Shown piece by piece: positions 10,042 through 17,038 of a stretch of 64,000 bases of DNA; positions within the stretch are counted from its first letter, which is position 1, and each line of letters opens with the position of its first letter. The stretch lies in assembly GCA_965215605.1 (NCBI GenBank), contig OZ244070.1:3328001-3392000 (forward strand). Direction: 5' to 3'. The position numbers and the translations under genes were made by a program. A model generated the notes under the pieces. That model worked only from the letters and a program-made list of their open reading frames with translations. It did no database searches and was not told the DNA's origin. Source of the DNA: an uncultured Candidatus Binatia bacterium (GTDB lineage: Bacteria; Desulfobacterota; Binatia; UBA9968; JAJDTQ01).

Positions 10042-11004
10042 CTAGCCCGCCAGCGCCCCCTGTTCCGCCCACGTGCGCTGCACCTCGCGGCTGGTGCTGA
10101 TGAGCGCGAAGTGGGTGGCCATGTTCTTGAGCGAGTAGCGCTGCAGGTCGGCGTCGTAGGCCGCCACGCAGTCTTCCAGCACCACGGTGTAGTAGCCCCG
10201 TGCGAAGGCGTCCCGCACCGTGGCCTCGACGCATCCGTTGGTGGCGGCGCCGGTGAACAGCAACGTCTTGATGCCCAGGCGTCCCAGGGTGGCGTCCATC
10301 CTGGGGTTGGTAAAGCCGCTGTGATGCCACTTCTTGATCCGGACGTCCTCCGGAGCGGGCGCGACGAAGTCGCAGACGTCCCATCCCGGGGTTCCCGGCA
10401 CCGTGTACTTGGCGTTGGCCAGCCCCACCCGGGCGCGCCGGGCCAGGATCGGGCCGTTGTCGTGCTCGTTGTCGTTGGAGGTCTGGGTGTAGATCACCGG
10501 CACCCCCGCGGCCCGGGCCGCTTCCACCATCTCTTTCAGGGGCTCGCGCATGGCCTCCACGAAGCTCAGGTCTCCCTTCATGCGCGCGCCGCCGGGGGCG
10601 CAGAAGTCGTTCTGCACGTCGATGACCACCAGGGCCGTGTGCTGCGTCCGCACCGTGTCCCCAAGCTCCGTCCACACCTCTCGCACCTGGGGCTCCCACA
10701 TCTCCTCCTCGGGGTCGAACTCGTAGTCGGCGATCTCCCGGCTTTGAAAGATCGGCCGCCCGACCTCCTGGGCCACCTGCCGGTGCACCGGGTGGTCCAC
10801 GTAGCGCTGGAGGGCCTCCGCGTCCTCGCAGATGGCCACCATGGCGTAGTCGTAGTCGCCGTCGCCGCGCAGGTTCGCTCCCATGGACCAGCTCAGCAGG
10901 TCCGGGATGGACTCCTTCATGGAGTTGTAGCCCTCGAGCATCCTGTCTATCTGTTCGGGAGATGCGTCCGGCTTGAGCTTGACCATGACGACGTGCTTGA
11001 TCAT
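10042..11004 (-). CDS. Fusion of a Dabb (stress-responsive A/B barrel) domain and an isochorismatase-like cysteine hydrolase
   Basis: N-terminal MIKHVVMVKLK...YVDHPVH (Dabb); C-terminal IDVQNDF, K..HSGF and TNGCVEAT give a D-K-C triad; RBS GGAGG. Confidence 0.8.
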   Translation of the reverse strand: MIKHVVMVKLKPDASPEQIDRMLEGYNSMKESIPDLLSWSMGANLRGDGDYDYAMVAICEDAEALQRYVDHPVHRQVAQEVGRPIFQSREIADYEFDPEEEMWEPQVREVWTELGDTVRTQHTALVVIDVQNDFCAPGGARMKGDLSFVEAMREPLKEMVEAARAAGVPVIYTQTSNDNEHDNGPILARRARVGLANAKYTVPGTPGWDVCDFVAPAPEDVRIKKWHHSGFTNPRMDATLGRLGIKTLLFTGAATNGCVEATVRDAFARGYYTVVLEDCVAAYDADLQRYSLKNMATHFALISTSREVQRTWAEQGALAG

Positions 11005-11136
11005 CGCAAACCTCCAGGAGGGTTCTGGTCCAGGGTTGCCGAGTTCCACGGCGGTCAATTCGGAGAATATCCGATGATGCCGGCGCAAGTCAATTTCCGG
11101 GAGGGTGCGAGTCCATTGATGCAGAAGGGCGTTTCC

Positions 11137-11154
11137 CGGCCGCGACCGCGGCCG
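11137..11154 (-). promoter_or_regulatory. Putative SECIS for the second UGA (11164-11166)
   Basis: CGGCCGC-GGUC-GCGGCCG: perfect 7-bp stem with a G-initiated loop 16 nt after the UGA. Confidence 0.65.
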
Positions 11155-11379
11155 CTACACCGCTCAGCTTCCCCCGAAGCCGACGCTGACCCGGCCGTCC
11201 TCCACAATCACCGGAATGTCGCGGCTGCCGTGGTTCAGGTCCATCATGCGCCGGAGGCCTTCCTCGTCCTCCAGCACGTTGACGTAGTCGACGGGAATAT
11301 TACGGTCCGAGTAGTCCCGACGGGCACTCGCGGTGTAGTCTCAAAGGTCGTGTCCGAAGATCGACACCTTGTCAGGCAT
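11155..11379 (-). CDS. UXX-star glutaredoxin-like selenoprotein with two in-frame UGA codons (Sec13, Sec72)
   Basis: Reads MPDKVSIFGHDL-U-DYTASARR...SRDIPVIVEDGRVSVGFGGS-U-AV-TAG. RBS GGAGAGGA; Grx-like IPVIV cis-Pro motif; hairpins 3' of both UGAs. Absent from the ORF track. Confidence 0.85.
11308..11330 (-). promoter_or_regulatory. Putative SECIS for the first UGA (11341-11343)
   Basis: CGAGU-GCCC-GUC-GGG-ACU-ACUCG bulged hairpin starting ~10 nt after the UGA. Confidence 0.55.
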
Positions 11380-11546
11380 GTCTTGTCCTCTCCATTGTGA
11401 TTCCAATCCTCAGTGAAAGCTGTACCGTCAAACGCGGGTCATGGCAATGGTCGAAAATACGGATGCGGGGGTTTCTTGCGCCGGAACTTGTGGTATGAAG
11501 CGGGCTGAACTACTGTCCTGTGCCATCGGTCAGGCGAAGGGAACCC

Positions 11547-12332
11547 ATGTTTGAACGTGTCAAGGAGTTCGGCACCATCACCTTCAGTCTCGTGCTGTTC
11601 ACGGTGCTGTGGGAGCTGTCGGTGTGGCTGTTCTCCGTATCCGAGTTCCTGCTGCCCGCGCCGTCGGTGGTGGCCCTGACCATCCACGAAAAGTTCCTTC
11701 CCCTCATGCAGAACTGCCTCGTGACCTTCCGGGAAACCATCTACGGGTTTCTCATGGGGCTCGTGCTGGGGGTGATTTCGGCCGTCATGATCGTCTACTC
11801 CCGGTTGCTTCAGAATCTTCTCTACCCGCTGATCCTCGTGGCCCAGATCGTTCCCAAGGTGGCCATCGCGCCGCTGCTGCTGATCTGGGTGGGTTACGGC
11901 GAGATGTCCAAGGTGCTCATCGCGTTCCTGGTCTCGTGGTTCCCCATCATCGTCACCACGGTCCAGGGCATGCGCATGGTGCAGCCCGAGATGCTGGACC
12001 TCGTCAAGTCGCTCCAGGCCTCGAACTGGCAGATCTTCACCAAGGTCCGGCTGCCGAACGCGTTGCCGCACTTCTTCGGCGGCCTCAAGATCGCCATCAC
12101 GCTGGCGGTCATCGGCGCCATCATCGGCGAGTTCGTGGGTGGCAACACCGGTCTCGGTTACCTGGTCATGGTCGCCAACTACGAGGTCAATACGCCGTTC
12201 ATGTTCGCGGCCCTCGTCGTGCTGTCGGCCCTGGGCCTGGTCCTTTACGGCGTTCTGGTGCTGCTGGAGATCTGGCTGATCCCGTGGAGCATCGGCGAGG
12301 ACGAGCAGGAGATGACGGGCTTCGGCATGTAG
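11547..12332 (+). CDS. ABC transporter permease (NitT/TauT family)
   Basis: LLPAPS motif, PKVAIAPLL, EAA-like loop and IIGEFVGG. Confidence 0.9.
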   Translation: MFERVKEFGTITFSLVLFTVLWELSVWLFSVSEFLLPAPSVVALTIHEKFLPLMQNCLVTFRETIYGFLMGLVLGVISAVMIVYSRLLQNLLYPLILVAQIVPKVAIAPLLLIWVGYGEMSKVLIAFLVSWFPIIVTTVQGMRMVQPEMLDLVKSLQASNWQIFTKVRLPNALPHFFGGLKIAITLAVIGAIIGEFVGGNTGLGYLVMVANYEVNTPFMFAALVVLSALGLVLYGVLVLLEIWLIPWSIGEDEQEMTGFGM

Positions 12333-12398
12333 GCCGGCTGCGGGCGGACGGGGGGCATCCAGCCAGATTGCGGCGTATCGAGTTTGGAACCGAAATCG

Positions 12399-13172
12399 AT
12401 GACGGAAACCGGGAAAGCCATCGAGGTCAGGAACCTCACCAAGGTGTATCCTTCCAAGGATGCCCCCGTCGTCGCGTTGGAGGACGCCTCGTTCGAGGTC
12501 TACGAGCAGGAGTTCATATCCCTGGTCGGTCACAGCGGCTGCGGCAAGACCACCATCATGAAGATCATCGCGGGCCTGCTCGACAAGACCCGCGGCGAGG
12601 TGCTGGTGAACGGCGCCCCGGTGACCGGGCCCAAGTCGAGCACCGGCATCGTGTTCCAGACCCCGGTGCTGTTCCAGTGGCGCACGGTCATCGACAATGT
12701 CCTGTTGCCGGTGGAGATACTGGGCCTCTCCAGGGAGGAATACTATCCCAAGGCCCTGGGGTTGCTGGAGCTGACCGGTCTCACGGAGTTCAAGGACAAG
12801 TACCCGCGGGAGCTGTCCGGCGGCATGCAGCAGCGCGCGTCCATCAGCCGGGCGCTGGTGCACGACCCCTCGCTGCTGTTGCTGGACGAGCCCTTCGGCG
12901 CCCTGGACGCCATGACCCGGGGCGAGATGAACATGGAGCTTCAGCGTATCTGGAGCGAAAAGAAAAAGACCAGCCTGCTGATCACCCACAGCATCCCGGA
13001 AGCGGTTTTCCTGGCGGACCGGGTCATGGTGATGACGCCCCGGCCGGGCCGCATCACCGACATCATCGACATCGGACTGCCGCGGCCCCGGACCCCGGAG
13101 ATGCGGCTGTCGGCGGAGTTCACCGAATGTGTGAGGGAGGTGGGGAAGACCATCGGGCTGCAGTATCTGTAA
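12399..13172 (+). CDS. ABC transporter ATP-binding protein (NitT/TauT family)
   Basis: Walker A GHSGCGKT, signature LSGGMQQR, Walker B LLLDEPF. Confidence 0.95.
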   Translation: MTETGKAIEVRNLTKVYPSKDAPVVALEDASFEVYEQEFISLVGHSGCGKTTIMKIIAGLLDKTRGEVLVNGAPVTGPKSSTGIVFQTPVLFQWRTVIDNVLLPVEILGLSREEYYPKALGLLELTGLTEFKDKYPRELSGGMQQRASISRALVHDPSLLLLDEPFGALDAMTRGEMNMELQRIWSEKKKTSLLITHSIPEAVFLADRVMVMTPRPGRITDIIDIGLPRPRTPEMRLSAEFTECVREVGKTIGLQYL

Positions 13173-13212
13173 TGAGGTCGCAATAGAAACTCTAACTCGG
13201 GAGGTACACGAA

Positions 13213-14217
13213 ATGAGACGCATAACCATCGCCCTTGCGATTTTCCTGGTCTGCCTGTTCGTCGCCGGCAGCGCATCGGCCGCGGACAAGGTCAAGTTCG
13301 CGCTGGACTGGATCCCCTACGGCAAGCACGCCATGTTCTACGTGAACATCGACAAGGGGTTCTGGAAGGAAGCGGGCCTCGACGTGCAGATGACCCGGGG
13401 CTTCGGCTCCGGCGACACCGTGAAGCGCATCGCCTCGGGCACCGACGACTTCGGCTTCGCGTCGGTGGGTAACATGATCGCGGCCAGGTCGCGAGGCGCC
13501 GAGCTCAAGATGGTCGGCATGATCCACGACAAGACCCTGGAGACCGTGGCCACGCTGGTGGGGAACAAGATCGCCAAGCCGTCCGACCTCGAGGGGAAGA
13601 AGATCGGCTCGCCCGAGGCCAATGCCTCGCGGGTCATCTTTCCGGCCTTCGCCAACATCAACAAGTTCGACAACAAGAAGGTCACGTGGGTCAACATGAC
13701 GGTGCCGGCCACCACGCCGAGTCTCCTGGCCGGACGCGTGGACGCCATCCTGATCTTCTACACAGAGAAGCCGACGGTGGACGCGGCCTCCAAGAAGGTC
13801 GGCAAAACGCCGCTGTACATGCTCTACGCCGACCACGGCATGGCCACGTACGGCAACGGGCTGCTGGTGTCCGAGAAGACCCTCAAGAACAAGCCGGACC
13901 TGGTGAAACGCTTCCTGGCGGCCACCTACAAGGGCATCGCCTGGTCGGTGGAGAACCCGCAGGAGGCCGTGGACATCTTCATCAAGCACAACCCGGCCAT
14001 CAGCCCGGACCTGGCGCGGAAGCACTTCGACATCGCGGTGGACTCGCTTCTGTCCGCCAATGCCTTGAAGGAAGGCATCGGCCACATGACCCGGGATCGC
14101 ATGGTGTTCACCAACGATCTCATCACCAAGCACATGAAGCTTCCGAAGAAGACGGCGGTGGAGGAGGTCTACACCAACGAGTTCCTGCCGAAGCTCTTCC
14201 CGAAGCGCGCCAAGTAG
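13213..14217 (+). CDS. ABC substrate-binding protein, NMT1/THI5/SsuA-like
   Basis: Signal peptide, then FALDW.P...H..FY...DKGFW..AGLDV and DLEGKKIG. Confidence 0.9.
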   Translation: MRRITIALAIFLVCLFVAGSASAADKVKFALDWIPYGKHAMFYVNIDKGFWKEAGLDVQMTRGFGSGDTVKRIASGTDDFGFASVGNMIAARSRGAELKMVGMIHDKTLETVATLVGNKIAKPSDLEGKKIGSPEANASRVIFPAFANINKFDNKKVTWVNMTVPATTPSLLAGRVDAILIFYTEKPTVDAASKKVGKTPLYMLYADHGMATYGNGLLVSEKTLKNKPDLVKRFLAATYKGIAWSVENPQEAVDIFIKHNPAISPDLARKHFDIAVDSLLSANALKEGIGHMTRDRMVFTNDLITKHMKLPKKTAVEEVYTNEFLPKLFPKRAK

Positions 14218-14267
14218 TTTCCAGCCAACCCGGCTCTGCGGGCCGGGGGTAGTTGATCGACGGGACG

Positions 14268-14300
14268 GGTGGGACTCCGCCGCGGATGCGGAGTCCCACC
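14268..14300. repeat. Intergenic 13-bp perfect hairpin (REP-like or mRNA-stabilising)
   Basis: GGTGGGACTCCGC-N7-GCGGAGTCCCACC. Confidence 0.6.
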
Positions 14301-14337
14301 GTCGCGTCTTTACGCCGTCCGTGGGAAGGAAATCGAA

Positions 14338-15420
14338 ATGAGTGAGCAATTCGTCAGCAATCAGGAGATTATCGTGGAGGCGCGGCGCAACCTGCCCCAG
14401 CCCGTGTGGGATTACCTGAGCGGCGGCAGCGAGTCGGAGACCACCATGCGCCGCAACCGGCTGGCCCTGGACTCGCTGGCCCTTCGTCCGCGGGTGCTGG
14501 TGGACGTCTCCGAGGTGGATACTTCCACCACCGTGCTCGGCCACAAGCTGCGCATCCCCGTCATGCTGGCCCCCATCGGATCGCTTCAGCAGATCACCCC
14601 GGAGGGCGCCGTGGCCTCGGCCAAGGCCGCCAACGAGTTCGGCACCGTCAACTTCGTCAGCTCCGTCACCCAGCCCACCCTCGAAGAAACGGCGGCGGCC
14701 ACCCCCTCGGACAAGATATTTCAGCTCTACATCCGCGGCGGCCTGGACTGGGTCGAGGAGATCCTGGGACGGGTCAAGCAGTCGGGCTACAAGGCTCTGT
14801 GCCTCACCGTGGACTCCGCCCACTACAGCAACCGGGAGCGGCAGTTGATGAACCGTTGGCTGCCCCCCAGCAAGCGGCGGGAGGCCGCCAACCAGGACCG
14901 GCTGTGGCAGGCCAAGCTTACCTGGGAGACCATGGACGCCATCAAGGAGATCGGCGGGATGCCGTTCCTCCTCAAGGGCGTGGCCACCGCCGAGGACGCA
15001 ACCATCGCCCTGGAACACGGCGTGGACGTCATCTACATCTCCAACCACGGCGGCCGCCAGCTCGACCACGGGCAGGGGACCATGGACATGCTCCCGGAAG
15101 TCGTGGAAGCCGTGGGCGGCAAGGCCGAGATCATCATCGACGGCGGTTTCCTGAGAGGTACCGACGTGCTGAAGGCGGTGGCCTTGGGCGCCAAGGCCGT
15201 GACCATCGGCAAGCTTCAGGGCTGGGCCCTGGGCGCAGGGGGTTACGAGGGCCTCGTGCGCGCCCTGCAGCTCCTGGAAAACGAGATCGTCATCGCCATG
15301 GGCCTGCTCGGCGTCACCCGCATCGACCAGATCACTCCGGCCCACGTGTGCAAGGCTCAGGCTGCCGCCATGCCGCACGAGATGAGCACCTTCGTCAACC
15401 TGCCGGAGCGGCTGCGGTAG
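14338..15420 (+). CDS. FMN-dependent alpha-hydroxy acid oxidase/dehydrogenase
   Basis: DYLSGG..E.T...N, LTVD, LKGV, SNHGGRQLD and DGG...GTDVLKA. Confidence 0.92.
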   Translation: MSEQFVSNQEIIVEARRNLPQPVWDYLSGGSESETTMRRNRLALDSLALRPRVLVDVSEVDTSTTVLGHKLRIPVMLAPIGSLQQITPEGAVASAKAANEFGTVNFVSSVTQPTLEETAAATPSDKIFQLYIRGGLDWVEEILGRVKQSGYKALCLTVDSAHYSNRERQLMNRWLPPSKRREAANQDRLWQAKLTWETMDAIKEIGGMPFLLKGVATAEDATIALEHGVDVIYISNHGGRQLDHGQGTMDMLPEVVEAVGGKAEIIIDGGFLRGTDVLKAVALGAKAVTIGKLQGWALGAGGYEGLVRALQLLENEIVIAMGLLGVTRIDQITPAHVCKAQAAAMPHEMSTFVNLPERLR

Positions 15421-15480
15421 TCGCGGGACTCCGGACCGCCATGGTCATCCCGGCCCCGGATCAGGTCGTCCGGGGCCCCT

Positions 15481-16905
15481 CTACGCGCGGCGTCCCCTGC
15501 CTCCGCGCAACAGCGAGCACGCTACCGCCGCCAGTGCGATGCCCGTGGTGACCAGGAACGTGTCCTGAAGGGCCAGCACGAAGTGCGCCCGGTCGGCGGC
15601 CGCGGGGAGCGCGTCGGGAACGCCGGAGTGCATGCGGAAGGCCACGGTCATGAGGAAGTTCCCCACGGTGATGCCGAAGACGTTTCCCAAGCCGAACATG
15701 GTGTAGAGGGTTCCGGTGGCCACGCCCCGGTGCTCCAACGGCACGGACGATATCAGCGCCGTGTGGTTGGGCGGGAAGAAGAGGGCGCTGCCCAGTCCAC
15801 CCAGGGCCAGCACCAGCGTCGGCAGCATCCAGTGCGAGCCCGCCTCGAAGAAGACGCCCAGCAGCGATCCTCCGGCGAACAGCACGGCGCCCGCGGTGGC
15901 GGGTATTTTCGGCCCCACCTTGTCGGAGAGGATGCCGGCCACCGGCGACAATCCGGCAGTGAAGATCGGCGCGCTGAGGAACAGGATGCCCATGAACGAG
16001 GGGGACAGCCCCAATACGTCCTGCAGGTAGAACGGCACCAGGTAGACGTGCAGGGTGTTGACGACGGAGACCAGCAGCATCGCCACCGTGCTGAACGCGA
16101 ACATCCGGATCCGGAACAGCGTCAGGTTCAGGATCGGGCTCGCGGCCTGGCTCTCGCGCCACAGGAATCCCGCTGCCAATGCCGCGAACGCCGCAACCGC
16201 GCCGGCGCGCCAGGCGGGAGCAAGGGCTTCCATGACCTGGCGGTCCAGGATGGCCATCAACGCCAGGGTGACGGCCACCAGCAGCCCGGCGCCGAGATAG
16301 TCGATGGCCGGCCGGCCGTTCCCGGAGCGGTCGGTGACGGCGCTCTCCCGGCGCCGACGGAAACCCAGCCCCAAGGCGGTGGCGACGGCTCCCAGGGGGA
16401 CCAGGAAGAAGAAGACGCCGCGCCAGTGGATGTACTGGATGATGAACCCGCCCAGCCCCGGGCCCAGGAGAAAGCCGCCATGGTGCGCCGTGGTCATGTA
16501 CCCCTGCACGCGTCCCCTGGACTCCTCGTTGGAGGCATCCATGGCCAGGGCGCGGCCCTGGGCCTGCATCATGGCGGCGCCGACGCCCTGGAGAACGCGG
16601 TAGACGATGAGCTGCAGGATGTTGCCGGACAGGCCGCACAACAACGAGCTTGCGGTGAAGAGCACGATGCCCCAGATGTAGACGGTCTGGCGTCCGTACA
16701 CGTCCCCCACGCGCCCGAAGACCAGGGACAGCGCAGCGGTGGCCAGTTGGAAGGAGATCAGCGCCCAAGAGATGCCGACCATGTCGGTCTCCAGGCCGGC
16801 GGCCACGGTCGGCAGCGAGATGGCGAAGATGCGGCTGGCGGTGCCGGTCGTGAAGGTGACGAGCAGGGCCGTGGCCAGCAGCAGGGCGTTGCCGCGGGAT
16901 GTCAT
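15481..16905 (-). CDS. MFS transporter (DHA2-like, 14 TMS)
   Basis: MFS motif A (GRVGDVYGRQ) and many transmembrane helices. Confidence 0.9.
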   Translation of the reverse strand: MTSRGNALLLATALLVTFTTGTASRIFAISLPTVAAGLETDMVGISWALISFQLATAALSLVFGRVGDVYGRQTVYIWGIVLFTASSLLCGLSGNILQLIVYRVLQGVGAAMMQAQGRALAMDASNEESRGRVQGYMTTAHHGGFLLGPGLGGFIIQYIHWRGVFFFLVPLGAVATALGLGFRRRRESAVTDRSGNGRPAIDYLGAGLLVAVTLALMAILDRQVMEALAPAWRAGAVAAFAALAAGFLWRESQAASPILNLTLFRIRMFAFSTVAMLLVSVVNTLHVYLVPFYLQDVLGLSPSFMGILFLSAPIFTAGLSPVAGILSDKVGPKIPATAGAVLFAGGSLLGVFFEAGSHWMLPTLVLALGGLGSALFFPPNHTALISSVPLEHRGVATGTLYTMFGLGNVFGITVGNFLMTVAFRMHSGVPDALPAAADRAHFVLALQDTFLVTTGIALAAVACSLLRGGRGRRA

Positions 16906-17038
16906 GTTGAATCGTGGGCGAGTGGTGAAGTAAGAAACAAGACACAGTAGCTAGCAGATCGAGGGATGCGGCGCGAGAAGCGGGGCATGGCCGCCGCGTA
17001 GGACTCCGATGCCGCCGCGCCCCCCCGAGAGAACGGGA

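Noticed and set aside
11380-11546. TPP riboswitch upstream of the NMT1/THI5-type transporter
   Set aside because: No CTGAGA / CCCT...ACCTGA core on either strand.
15451-15478. GGCCCCGGA/TCCGGGGCC hairpin between the convergent oxidase and MFS genes
   Set aside because: Ordinary intergenic stem without a T-tract; function cannot be supported.
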